Shown here piece after piece: positions 27,588 through 38,069 of a stretch of DNA of 61,448 nt; within the stretch, counting starts at the first letter, position 1; the number at the start of each line of letters is the position of its first letter. The stretch comes from Candidatus Moraniibacteriota bacterium (lineage in GTDB: Bacteria > Patescibacteriota > Minisyncoccia > Moranbacterales > GCA-2747515), in NCBI GenBank assembly GCA_947311515.1, contig CAMZLB010000025.1:1-61448 (forward strand), written 5' to 3'. The translations under genes and the position numbers were made by a program. Below the pieces are notes generated by a model, which was given only the letters and a program-made list of their open reading frames with translations, made no database searches and was not told the DNA's origin.

Positions 27588-28937
27588 TTATCTAGTTCTA
27601 CTTTTACTAAAATTCTTTTCTTGTTTTTTAGAAGAATTTTTATCATTGTACTTATCAAATTTTTTAAATTTTTTAGTTCTTTTTTTATCCAAATTTTTAT
27701 CAAAATTACTCTTTACAGCTTTATTTAAATTACCATTATTATTTTTTTTATATCCCTGAACAAAAGTTACGGCATTACCTGTACTTCCTGCTCTACCAGC
27801 TCTACCAATTCTGTGTACATAATCATCATAACTTTGAGGAGTTTCATAATTAATCACCAAAGCAACATCCTTAACATCGATTCCCCTAGCTGCAACATCA
27901 GTAGCTACTAATATATCTACCTTACCTCTTTTAAAATTAAGGAGAGCTTTCTGTCTTTGTCCTTGTGATTTTCCACCATGAATTGAATCTGCCTTAAATC
28001 CATCTTCACTTAATTCTTTACCAAGTCTATCTGCCTTATATTTCATCTCTTTAAAAATAAGTACTTTCTTATCTCTATTTTCATTCAGAATGTCATGTAA
28101 TTTTTCATATCTATCTTCTCTGGTTATATATTCCTGTATACTTTGATCAACATTTTCACTTGTATTTCCAGTTTTTACTGAAATTGTTTTGTAATTAGCA
28201 GAAAACTCATCTATTATTTTTTGAACTTTTTCATCCATTGTTGCAGAAAAGAAAAGTGATTGCCTATTCTTTGGTAATTTACTCAAAATTTCTTTCATAT
28301 CATTTACAAATCCCATATCAAGCATTCTATCAACTTCATCCAACACAACTGTATCAAACTTTTCAATTTTCAATTTTTTGTTTTCAATATGATCTTTTAT
28401 TCTACCAGGTGTTCCTATAACAATTTGCGGATATCTAGATAAATCCCTAAGTTGAGGACCCATCTTTACTCCACCTATAAGAATTGCCCACTTAATGCTA
28501 CTTCCTCTTAATAACAACTTACATTCTTCAAATATTTGTTGTGCTAATTCTCTAGTTGGAGCCATTATTATAGCCTTTGAATTTCTATTTAATAAAAGCT
28601 TATTTATAACGGGTATAGCAAAAGCAACTGTTTTACCAGTTCCTGTATTTGCTATCCCTAAAACATCTCCACCTTTCAGAGCTATTGGTATAGATTTATC
28701 TTGAATTGGTGATGGAACTATATATTCTCTTTTTTCAATATTTTTCTTAAGTAATGCAGTTATTTCAAAGTCACTAAACGTGTTTTCTGCTATATATTTA
28801 TCCTGCTTCTTTGGATCTGCTTTTTTTATAAACATTTTTGGATTTATAACCTCCTTTTTTGTTTTACGTTTTTTTGAAAAGTTTCCACCTCTTTTTTTGT
28901 TAAATGAAAACTTAGCTCTTTTTTGATTATATGTCAT
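27588..28937 (-). CDS. DEAD-box RNA helicase (DEVD variant)
   Basis: Q motif, TGTGKT, PTRELA, DEVD, SAT and HRIGRAGR motifs. Confidence 0.95.
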   Translation of the reverse strand: MTYNQKRAKFSFNKKRGGNFSKKRKTKKEVINPKMFIKKADPKKQDKYIAENTFSDFEITALLKKNIEKREYIVPSPIQDKSIPIALKGGDVLGIANTGTGKTVAFAIPVINKLLLNRNSKAIIMAPTRELAQQIFEECKLLLRGSSIKWAILIGGVKMGPQLRDLSRYPQIVIGTPGRIKDHIENKKLKIEKFDTVVLDEVDRMLDMGFVNDMKEILSKLPKNRQSLFFSATMDEKVQKIIDEFSANYKTISVKTGNTSENVDQSIQEYITREDRYEKLHDILNENRDKKVLIFKEMKYKADRLGKELSEDGFKADSIHGGKSQGQRQKALLNFKRGKVDILVATDVAARGIDVKDVALVINYETPQSYDDYVHRIGRAGRAGSTGNAVTFVQGYKKNNNGNLNKAVKSNFDKNLDKKRTKKFKKFDKYNDKNSSKKQEKNFSKSRTR

Positions 28938-29178
28938 AATAAATTTAAATAATTGTTTTAGAAAAAAATTAAAAACAGAATTGAATCAAAGATTTACTAA
29001 AATCTGCTTAAAATTTTATTTTTTATTTTTCAATACTGATACTAACTCAAAACATAGCTAAAAAGTTATCCCTCAAATTATCACAGCTTTTCTTCATAAA
29101 ATATCTTAGTCAGTTGAAGTATTGAACTATAAAAATAAACATATAACCAAGATATTACCACGTATAGATAGATAAAGT

Positions 29179-29203
29179 AAAAAGCTGTGAAAAACAGCTT
29201 TTT
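29179..29203 (-). terminator. Terminator after rpoC
   Basis: AAAAAGCTGT-loop-ACAGCTTTTT. Confidence 0.75.
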
Positions 29204-29223
29204 ACCGTTATTAAACTATCTTT

Positions 29224-32200
29224 CTACTTTCTCATTCCAGTACCCGCTGGAATCAATCTACCAATAATCACGTTTTCTTTCAGACCTCGCAATTTATCTT
29301 CTTTTCCTGTAACAGCCGCATCTATCAAAACTCTAGCTGTTTCTTGAAATGACGCTGCTGACAAAAATGACTCTGTCGAAAGAGCGACTTTTATAATACC
29401 AAGTATTAAATTTTTACCTTTCGCAACAGTCCCCTTTTCTTTTCTAGCAAGTTGATTTGCTTCAATGAAAGCATCTTTTTCTACTATATCGCCTGGAATA
29501 AGGTTAGTCGTTCCAGCATCAGAAACTCTAACACGTGAAAACATCTTCCTTATGATTATTTCTACATGTTTATCATCGATACCTTCACCCTGTGATGCGT
29601 AAATATCTTGAATTTCTTTAACTATATATCTATGAACTTCCTCTGGACCCATAATCTTTGCCATTTTTTTCAAATCAATATGACCCTCATTTAAACTTGA
29701 ACCTTTTGCAACCAAATCTCCTTTTACAACTTTTACAGAAGATCCAATAGGAACATTATATTCCTTAATAATCTTATTTTGATTTTCTTCCTCAATCTTG
29801 ATAGTTATAAGTTTACCTCTCTCATTTATAACATCAACTACCTTTCCATCGATTTCTGAAATAACTGACTCTCCTTTTGGAGGTCTCGCTTCAAATAACT
29901 CATCAACACGAGGCAAACCTTGTGTAATATCGGTACTAGCAACACCTCCAATATGGAAAGTACGCATAGTAAGCTGTGTACCCGGCTCTCCAATAGCTTG
30001 AGCAGCAATAACACCTACTGTCTGACCAATTCCAACGACTCCTCCTCGTCCCAAGTCAACTCCATAACACATCTGACATACTCCTCTAACGGTCTTACAG
30101 GTAACTAATGATCTTATCCTAACTGATTCAACCATAGATTTATTTATAGATAAGGATTGTTCTTTATTTATCAAATCACCAGCTACAGCAAGAACTTTCT
30201 TTGTCTTGGGATGCAAAACATCTTCTACAAGAACTCTTCCTTTGATTCTAGAAGCATAATCCCCACCAATTCTATCTGTATCTTCTCTATACAAAGATGC
30301 TCCTATTTTATCTCCGCAACTTCTATGTGTAATTATCACATCTTGAGCAACATCTACAAGCTTACGTGTAAGATAACCTGCAGAAGCTGTACGAAGTGCT
30401 GTATCAGCCATACCCTTTCTAGCTCCATGAGTAGAAATGAAATATTCTAGTACATTTAAACCTTCTTTGTATGAACTACGTACTGGAAGCTCTATAGTTG
30501 AACCTGTAGCTCCTGCCATAAGTCCTTTCATACCTGTCATCTGAACAACAACTGACTCACTGCCACGAGCCTTTGAATATACCATTGAATATACTGGACC
30601 CTCTTTATCCATGCTCTCTCTAACTTCTATAGTTATATCATCCTTTGCCTTATTCCATATTTCAATCGATTTATTCTTCCTCTCTTCTACTGTCAATAGA
30701 CCCATATTGAATTGCTTCCTAACTTCAGTCACCTTATTTTGTGCTTCTTCCATTATTTCGGCCTTTTTTTCAGGAACCTGCAAATCGTCCATACCCCAAC
30801 TAATTCCACTACGAGTAACACTCTTGAATGCAAGTTTTTTGATTCTATCAACAAAATTAGCAGTCTCTTCTTCACCTAATTCTCCAAGCATTGTTGCAAC
30901 AATCTCCTTAAGCTCTGATTTAACCATTTCTTTGTTCACATACCGCATCTCCTCAGGTAAAATATCATTAAATATTGCCCTACCTACAGATGTATCAATT
31001 ATTTCATCACCATACTTAAGCTTAATTTTAGCATTTACATCAATAAGTCCTGCTTCATATGAAAATATAACTTCATTAATATCTCCAAATATTCCTCCTT
31101 CTCCTTTTGCTCCTGACTTAATATGAGTTATATAATAAATACCAAGAACCATATCTAGAGAAGGATTTACAATTGGATCACCACTAGAAGGCTTCTTTAG
31201 ATTTTTTGTAGATAACATTAACTCCGCACACTCTTTTCTAGCTTCGTTAGTAAGAGGTACGTGTACTGCCATCTGATCACCATCAAAGTCAGCATTAAAA
31301 GCTGCACAAACCATAGGATGTAAATGTATCGCCTTACCCTCAACTAACACTGGACGAAATGCTTGAATTGACAATCTGTGAAGTGTAGGCGCCCTATTGA
31401 GCATTACATAATGATTTGGTATTATTTCATCCAATATTTCATATGCATTTTCATCTTCATTATCTACCATTTTTCCAGCAACACGCACATTATGAGCATA
31501 TTCTCTTTCAATAAGCTTGCTTATAATAAATGGCTTAAACAATTCAAGTCCCATTTTTTTAGGAATTCCTGCTTGGTGTAACTTTAGATGCGGGCCAATA
31601 ACAATAACACTTCGCCCCGAGTAATCCACTCGCTTTCCAAGTAAATTCTGTCTAAACCTACCCTGCTTTCCCTTTAAAGCATCTGCTAATGACCTTAACA
31701 CTCTTTTTTGTCCAGTACTTGATGATACTGCATCCTGACCTCTCCTAGATGAATTATCAAAAAGTGCATCCACTGCTTCTTGAAGCATTCTTTTTTCATT
31801 TCTAGCAATTACCTCAGGAGCGTTCAATTCAATCAATTTCTTAAGTCTATTATTTCTATTTATTATCCTGCGATATAAATCATTCAAATCAGAAGTGGCA
31901 AATCTTCCACCATCCAATGCAACCATAGGTCTCAAATCTGGTGGTATTACTGGTATAACAGTAGGTAACATCCATTCCATATCCATACCCACTTTCTTAA
32001 TACCTTTAAAAAACTTAAGCCTTTTGCTAAATTTCTTTTTTTCAAGCGTTTTTGTTGTCTCAATTAAGCTTTCTAGGTCAGCTATAGTTTTTTCAATATT
32101 TATATCCTTAAGTAAATCCCTAATAGACTCTGCTCCTATACCTGCTTCAAACACATGTCCAAACTTAGTGGATAAATTAAAATATTCCACCTCAGAAAGG

Positions 32201-32793
32201 ACTTTATACTTATAAATATTTTTAAGTTCATCTTTTGCATCACGAAACTGAGTCTTTAGCTTATCTAAATCTTTAGAATTTACATCAACTAATTCTTTTT
32301 GTTTTGATTTAAATTCTGCATTTAAATCTTTTTCAACCAATTCTTTTGCTTCATAATCTACTTCAGTTATAATATATGAAGAAAAATATACAACTTTTTC
32401 TAAGGCTTGAGGAGAAATGCCTAAAGCTAATCCTATCTTACTAGGAACACCTCTAAGAAACCAAATATGAGACACAGGAACTGCTAACTGAATATGTCCC
32501 ATACGATTTCTACGTACTGAGCTTGTTGTAACTTCAATTCCACATTTATCACAAGTTATACCTTTATATCTAATTCTTTTATACTTTCCACAATAACATT
32601 CCCAATCCTTTGAAGGACCAAAAATTCTCTCACAAAATAACCCGTCCATCTCAAATTTCTGTGTACGATAATTTATCGTTTCTGGCTTTGTTACTTCACC
32701 ACCTGACCATTCAATGATTGATTTTGGGCTAGCAACGCTCAACCGAACGCTATCAAAGTCATTAACTCTCAATGATTCCATTTCATTGTACAT
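29224..32793 (-). CDS. rpoC: RNA polymerase beta' subunit
   Basis: NADFDGDQM, Zn-finger cysteines, GEPGTQLTMRTFH. Confidence 0.99.
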   Translation of the reverse strand: MYNEMESLRVNDFDSVRLSVASPKSIIEWSGGEVTKPETINYRTQKFEMDGLFCERIFGPSKDWECYCGKYKRIRYKGITCDKCGIEVTTSSVRRNRMGHIQLAVPVSHIWFLRGVPSKIGLALGISPQALEKVVYFSSYIITEVDYEAKELVEKDLNAEFKSKQKELVDVNSKDLDKLKTQFRDAKDELKNIYKYKVLSEVEYFNLSTKFGHVFEAGIGAESIRDLLKDINIEKTIADLESLIETTKTLEKKKFSKRLKFFKGIKKVGMDMEWMLPTVIPVIPPDLRPMVALDGGRFATSDLNDLYRRIINRNNRLKKLIELNAPEVIARNEKRMLQEAVDALFDNSSRRGQDAVSSSTGQKRVLRSLADALKGKQGRFRQNLLGKRVDYSGRSVIVIGPHLKLHQAGIPKKMGLELFKPFIISKLIEREYAHNVRVAGKMVDNEDENAYEILDEIIPNHYVMLNRAPTLHRLSIQAFRPVLVEGKAIHLHPMVCAAFNADFDGDQMAVHVPLTNEARKECAELMLSTKNLKKPSSGDPIVNPSLDMVLGIYYITHIKSGAKGEGGIFGDINEVIFSYEAGLIDVNAKIKLKYGDEIIDTSVGRAIFNDILPEEMRYVNKEMVKSELKEIVATMLGELGEEETANFVDRIKKLAFKSVTRSGISWGMDDLQVPEKKAEIMEEAQNKVTEVRKQFNMGLLTVEERKNKSIEIWNKAKDDITIEVRESMDKEGPVYSMVYSKARGSESVVVQMTGMKGLMAGATGSTIELPVRSSYKEGLNVLEYFISTHGARKGMADTALRTASAGYLTRKLVDVAQDVIITHRSCGDKIGASLYREDTDRIGGDYASRIKGRVLVEDVLHPKTKKVLAVAGDLINKEQSLSINKSMVESVRIRSLVTCKTVRGVCQMCYGVDLGRGGVVGIGQTVGVIAAQAIGEPGTQLTMRTFHIGGVASTDITQGLPRVDELFEARPPKGESVISEIDGKVVDVINERGKLITIKIEEENQNKIIKEYNVPIGSSVKVVKGDLVAKGSSLNEGHIDLKKMAKIMGPEEVHRYIVKEIQDIYASQGEGIDDKHVEIIIRKMFSRVRVSDAGTTNLIPGDIVEKDAFIEANQLARKEKGTVAKGKNLILGIIKVALSTESFLSAASFQETARVLIDAAVTGKEDKLRGLKENVIIGRLIPAGTGMRK

Positions 32794-32817
32794 ATGATTT
32801 ATGTCTTATATGATGAA

Positions 32818-35800
32818 TTATTTACTTTCTATTTCTTTTTCTAACTCGTCCATTTCTTTTGTTTCAACTATTTCTTTCGCCTCTTCAGTTTCTTTTTTGA
32901 TATCTTTAGTCATTTTTTTGATCTGTTTAGTTTCTTTTTTCTCATTTTCATAAGAATCAACCTCTTTCTGAACATTTTCTGATTTTTGAATATCATTGGA
33001 ATCATCTTCTTTATGAACATTTTCTGATTTTTGAATATCATTGGAATCATCATCACCTTCTACCAATTCTATATTTGCTATATCATTATCAATTCTTAGA
33101 CGTCCTTCCCCAACTAATTCTATATCTAAACAAAGACCTTTAAGCTCGTGCATAAGTACCCTGAATGATGCTGGAATATTTGGACTCTTTATTTCTCCTC
33201 CCTTAATTATTGCTTCATATGCCTTTGATCTACCAACAACATCATCTGATTTTATAGTAAGCATCTCTTGTAATACGTGTGCAGCTCCATAACCTTCAAG
33301 AGCCCATACTTCCATCTCTCCAAATCTCTGTCCACCAAATTGAGCCTTTCCGCCTAATGGCTGTTGAGTTATAAGTGAGTATGGTCCTATAGAACGCATG
33401 TGAAGTTTATCTGAAACTAAATGATGCAACTTCAGTATATACATTACACCTACAGTAGAATCATTATCGAATGCTTGTCCTGTTTTTCCATCTATTAACT
33501 GAATTTTACCACTTTCTGGTAATCCTGCTTTTTTCAATTCTTTCTTAATATCTTCTTCACTTACACCATCAAGTGCTGGAGATGCAGCTTTATAACCAAG
33601 TGTGAGTCCTGCCCATCCTAAATGAGTTTCTAGTATCTGACCAATATTCATACGAGATGCCACACCCAAAGGATTTAGTATAACATCTACCGGAGTACCA
33701 TCTGGAAGATATGGCATATCCTCAATAGGTGCAATTCTTGAAATCACTCCCTTATTTCCGTGACGACCTGCAAGCTTATCACCTACTGATATTCTCTTCA
33801 TCTTTGCTACTGAAACTTGAATTTGCTGTAACACACCTGTTTGCAACTTATCTCCCTGCTCCCTAGAAAAGATTTTTATATCGATTACTTTTCCTGGCTC
33901 TCCATGTTGTATATGCAATGATGCATCTTTTACATCTCTTGATTTTTCACCAAAAATCGCTCTAAGCAATCTCTCCTCTGGAGTAAGATCTGTCTCGCCT
34001 TTTGGCGTAATTTTTCCTACAAGAATATCTCCAGAACCTACCTCTGCTCCAATTCTTACTATACCTGTCTCATCTAAATTTTTAAGCTTATCTTCTCCCA
34101 CATTTGGAATATCCCTAGTAACAATTTCTGGACCAAGCTTTGTATCACGAACATCTACTGTAAAATTTTCTATGTGAATCGATGTATATTTATCGTCCTG
34201 AAGTATTCTTTCTGAAAGAATAATAGCATCCTCAAAATTGTAACCCTCCCAAGGAATGAATGCTACAAGCATATTTTGACCAAGTGCCAATTCACCATTT
34301 TGAGTACCTGAACCATCAGCCAATAATTGACCTTTATTTATTTTTTCACCCACTGAAACACGAGGTACTTGGTTCATAGCTGTAAATGCATTTGATCTTG
34401 TAAAGGTATGTAGTAAATATTCCCTTTTAAATTTCTTTTTAGTACCTTTTCTTGCTTCTTCTTCAACTATAATATGTCCACCATCAACCTCAATAACTGT
34501 CCCCGACTGACGAGCCATAACAGCTTGACCAGAATCAGCAGCTGCCTTATCCTCAATTCCAGTTCCAACAATTGGAGAATCTGGCTTTACGCACGAAACA
34601 GCTTGACGTTGCATATTTGAACCCATAAGCGCACGATTTGCATCATCATGTTCCAAAAATGGTATAAGAGAAGTAGCAATAGAAATAGCTTGCTTTGGAG
34701 ACACATCCATAAAATCAACCTTTGTTGCAAGAACCATATCAGGATGACCATGCATCCTAGCATCAACAAACTCATCAACTATATTCCTATTTTCATCTAA
34801 ATTTATTCCAGCATGTACTGAAATTTTTCTATCCTCTTCTGTTGCGCTCACATAAACAATCTCATCATCTATAAATGGTACTACAGATATAGTATCACTT
34901 TTTTCTTTTGCGATTTTTTTTGCATCTTCTTTTGATATGATGACTCTTTTTTTAACTCCAGCTAATTCTTCTTGAAGCATTCTACCCACCAACTCTTTTT
35001 CTTCATTTTTTACCTCCTGCTTAACTATAAAATATGGCGTTTCTAAAAATCCAAACTCATTAACAATCGCATAACTAGCTAAATGACCTACAAGACCAAT
35101 ATTTGGACCCTCAGGAGTCTCTACTGGACAAATTCTGCCATAGTGAGAATGATGAACATCACGAACCTCAAACCCAGCTCTTTCTCTAGTTAAACCACCT
35201 GGACCAAGAGCACTAAGTCGTCTTTTATGTTCAAGCTCTGCAAGTGGATTTATCTGATCCATGAATTGTGATAACTGTGAACTTGAAAAAAATTCCTTTA
35301 TAGATGCTGCAACTGGTCTTGAATTTATGATTTGACCAGGAACAACATTTTCCAAGTCACACGTACTCATTCTATCTTTAATATTTCTTCCCATTCTAGC
35401 AAAACCAACTCGTATTTTGTTTTGAATAAGCTCTCCTACTCCTCTAATTCTACGATTTCCTAAATGATCTATATCATCAGCCATTGCCTCTGGATCATCA
35501 CTCATTCTGATAAGTTCTTTTATTATCATAATAAAATCATCCATCGTAAGAACTCTATTTTCTGGAATATCATCTTTATCAACTTCTAGTCGCTGATTTA
35601 ACCTATACCTACCAACAGCGCCAAAATCATATCTATCAAAATTAAAGAACATTGTATCAATCATGCCCTTAGCATTATCTTCTGTTGCCAAGTCTCCTGG
35701 TCTTATTCTTTTATATATCTCAATATACGCTTCTCCTGCAGTTTTTGTAATATCTTTGTCCAACGTGTTTTGTATATAATCAACTTCATCTATTTTTGTC

Positions 35801-36462
35801 TCCGCAAAAATATTTCTAATATCCTCATCTTTCTCATAGCCAAAAGCACGAAGTAACGTTGTAATAGGTATTTTTCTTTTTCTATCTATTTTAACAGTTA
35901 TAACACCGTCTCTATCCATATCCAACTCCAACCATGCCCCACGGTTTGGTATAATCTTTGCTCCAAACAACTTCTTACCTTTTTGGTAATTCATTGAGAA
36001 AAATACACCTGGACTCCTTACAAGCTGCGATATAATAACACGCTCAATTCCATTTATTACAAAAGTACCTCTATCAGTTATGAGAGGGAAATCTCCTAAA
36101 TATATCTCTTGTTCTCTAACTTCACCAGTCTTTTTGATTGTTAGTCTAGCTATAGCTCTAAGAGGTGCTTCATAAGAACGGTTCTTATTTTTTGAAATTT
36201 GTTCATTATACTTTGTCTCTTCTAAAAAATAATCAGAAATAGTTAATTCTAAATCTTTACCTGTAAAATCCGATATCGGATTAAACTCATCCAACAATTC
36301 TTGAAAACCATGTTCCAAGAACCAGTTATAAGAATTTATTTGTGCTTCAATTAAATTTGGCAATGAAACTGCAAGCTGTTTTTTGAAAAATTTTCGTTTT
36401 GCTAACGAAGATGTTGAAGAAAAGTTCTCCCTCACCTTTAAAGTTCTCGTTTTTTTGGACAT
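32818..36462 (-). CDS. rpoB: RNA polymerase beta subunit with a charged C-terminal extension
   Basis: SQLSQFMDQ, ETPEGPNIG, GDKLAGRHGNKG and GGQRFGEME motifs; ATG 36462 preferred. Confidence 0.99.
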   Translation of the reverse strand: MSKKTRTLKVRENFSSTSSLAKRKFFKKQLAVSLPNLIEAQINSYNWFLEHGFQELLDEFNPISDFTGKDLELTISDYFLEETKYNEQISKNKNRSYEAPLRAIARLTIKKTGEVREQEIYLGDFPLITDRGTFVINGIERVIISQLVRSPGVFFSMNYQKGKKLFGAKIIPNRGAWLELDMDRDGVITVKIDRKRKIPITTLLRAFGYEKDEDIRNIFAETKIDEVDYIQNTLDKDITKTAGEAYIEIYKRIRPGDLATEDNAKGMIDTMFFNFDRYDFGAVGRYRLNQRLEVDKDDIPENRVLTMDDFIMIIKELIRMSDDPEAMADDIDHLGNRRIRGVGELIQNKIRVGFARMGRNIKDRMSTCDLENVVPGQIINSRPVAASIKEFFSSSQLSQFMDQINPLAELEHKRRLSALGPGGLTRERAGFEVRDVHHSHYGRICPVETPEGPNIGLVGHLASYAIVNEFGFLETPYFIVKQEVKNEEKELVGRMLQEELAGVKKRVIISKEDAKKIAKEKSDTISVVPFIDDEIVYVSATEEDRKISVHAGINLDENRNIVDEFVDARMHGHPDMVLATKVDFMDVSPKQAISIATSLIPFLEHDDANRALMGSNMQRQAVSCVKPDSPIVGTGIEDKAAADSGQAVMARQSGTVIEVDGGHIIVEEEARKGTKKKFKREYLLHTFTRSNAFTAMNQVPRVSVGEKINKGQLLADGSGTQNGELALGQNMLVAFIPWEGYNFEDAIILSERILQDDKYTSIHIENFTVDVRDTKLGPEIVTRDIPNVGEDKLKNLDETGIVRIGAEVGSGDILVGKITPKGETDLTPEERLLRAIFGEKSRDVKDASLHIQHGEPGKVIDIKIFSREQGDKLQTGVLQQIQVSVAKMKRISVGDKLAGRHGNKGVISRIAPIEDMPYLPDGTPVDVILNPLGVASRMNIGQILETHLGWAGLTLGYKAASPALDGVSEEDIKKELKKAGLPESGKIQLIDGKTGQAFDNDSTVGVMYILKLHHLVSDKLHMRSIGPYSLITQQPLGGKAQFGGQRFGEMEVWALEGYGAAHVLQEMLTIKSDDVVGRSKAYEAIIKGGEIKSPNIPASFRVLMHELKGLCLDIELVGEGRLRIDNDIANIELVEGDDDSNDIQKSENVHKEDDSNDIQKSENVQKEVDSYENEKKETKQIKKMTKDIKKETEEAKEIVETKEMDELEKEIESK
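32963..33051. repeat. 45-bp tandem duplication in the rpoB tail (DDSNDIQKSENV[H/Q]KE x2)
   Basis: Visible in both DNA and protein. Confidence 0.92.
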
Positions 36463-36663
36463 AAAAAGACGTCCCACCAAAAACCGCCCAGCTATTTTTA
36501 TTGATTCTTCTTATTAGCGTGGACTATCTTCCAGTGGAATTATATGGATTATTTATCAAATTGTTCGAAAAATACATAAAATACACGTTCTACTGACATA
36601 CCAATTCCTGCTACCTTCAGGTAAAGAAAGTCATATAAAATTAATTATTTTTCAATACTATTT

Positions 36664-36692
36664 ACTATATAGCACTTCTGATAATTTGTCAA
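36664..36692 (-). promoter_or_regulatory. Sigma70 promoter of rpoBC
   Basis: TTGACA-17nt-TATAGT on the minus strand, ~195 nt before the ATG. Confidence 0.7.
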
Positions 36693-37087
36693 TAGCTATA
36701 TCTAAATTTGTTAATTGTCAATGTAAATGACTTTAATTATATAAAAATTGTTTCCTATTTAACTATAACAAAGACAAGGATAAATAGAAAAACAAGGTAA
36801 AATTTGATATATTTTAGACAAAACTATAAAAAGTAAACTGCCGAAGACTTGTAAAAAATAAAACTCAGCGGTTTATTCTGTGTATACTATACAATATTTA
36901 TAAAATACGTAAAAAATTAATCATAGATTCTATCTAATAGGTTATCTGTGTATAGCTAAAGAGTAATAAATAGTAGAAAAAAACATCTTACTACAAATTA
37001 AATAAAACCAGTCTCTTCTGAAACAGATTTTTAGACTTTATAATTAATTTATAAAGTTTAGAGAGGTTCTAAGAAGACTTTCTTTAA

Positions 37088-37116
37088 TTGACTACCTGAT
37101 TTTATATTGCTATTAT
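37088..37116 (+). promoter_or_regulatory. Sigma70 promoter of the Mg transporter gene
   Basis: TTGACT-17nt-TATTAT with TGn extension; ATG 8 nt downstream. Confidence 0.6.
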
Positions 37117-37124
37117 TTAATTAT

Positions 37125-38036
37125 ATGAAAACACTTCACTTGGATAAAAATGGATTAATTACAATAAAACACTTCACAAGGAGTTCTTTTTGTGCATTAT
37201 TTAAAGACATCAATACACGTGATTTACGACCTGTTTTTTCTACTATGCAGGTTTCCACTATACTTCCTAGAGACACAGTACTTATCATTAATTTAGGTTT
37301 TATAAAATGCGTAATAACACCCAAATCAGTCTATTTTACAATACATAATAACAGTGATGAAGTGGAAGCAATTATAAAAAAAATTCAAATTAAATTACAA
37401 AATAAAAATGAAGATTTATTCGTTCTTACGATCCTAGAAGCTTTATTTGACGCTAAAATTTCACAATTAAAAATAAAGGTATCCGATGCAGAAAAAAGAG
37501 TTAATATTATACTTAAAAAAATTAGAACTAAATTTCATGAATCTGATTTAGAAAAATTATTAATTCTCAAAAAACACCTTTCCCGACTAGAAACTAGAAA
37601 TAAAGAAATTTTATCAGCGACAGAAGAAGTACTAGATGATAAGGAAGACTTTGACCAAATCTTATCATTAACAAATAATGATCAAGTCTCTGGCGATGAA
37701 CTAGAATCCATTTTTGATAACTTCTTAGAACAATTGGAAAATACAGATGGTATAATATTTGGATTAGAAGAAAGTATCGAGGACAATGAAGAGTTTGTAA
37801 ACCTTACTCTTAATGTAAGAAGAACGTCCTTCATTCAACTTAATTTGATGGCAACCTTATTTACACTGATTCTATCACTCTTAGCTGTAATTGTAGGTCT
37901 CTACGGTGTAAATTTAAAAAATGGTTTAGAGAATAATTTAAATGCCTTTCATACTCTTTCATCTATTCTTTTTGCTATTTTTATCATTCTAACTATTGCA
38001 TTATTTATCTATCTCAAAAAGAAAAATTTATTTTAA
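37125..38036 (+). CDS. CorA/Mrs2-family divalent cation channel (GVN loop)
   Basis: Two C-terminal TMs flanking GLYGVNL; RDLR and ILPRD..IINL..IKCVIT in the N-domain. Confidence 0.85.
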   Translation: MKTLHLDKNGLITIKHFTRSSFCALFKDINTRDLRPVFSTMQVSTILPRDTVLIINLGFIKCVITPKSVYFTIHNNSDEVEAIIKKIQIKLQNKNEDLFVLTILEALFDAKISQLKIKVSDAEKRVNIILKKIRTKFHESDLEKLLILKKHLSRLETRNKEILSATEEVLDDKEDFDQILSLTNNDQVSGDELESIFDNFLEQLENTDGIIFGLEESIEDNEEFVNLTLNVRRTSFIQLNLMATLFTLILSLLAVIVGLYGVNLKNGLENNLNAFHTLSSILFAIFIILTIALFIYLKKKNLF

Positions 38037-38040
38037 ATAA

Positions 38041-38065
38041 AAGACTACTATATTATAGTAGTCTT
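38041..38065. terminator. Bidirectional terminator between convergent genes
   Basis: AAGACTACTA-tatta-TAGTAGTCTT. Confidence 0.8.
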
Positions 38066-38069
38066 ATTG

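Noticed and set aside
27588..28937. DEVD instead of DEAD as a novelty
   Set aside because: It is a common variant of motif II, and all other helicase motifs are intact.
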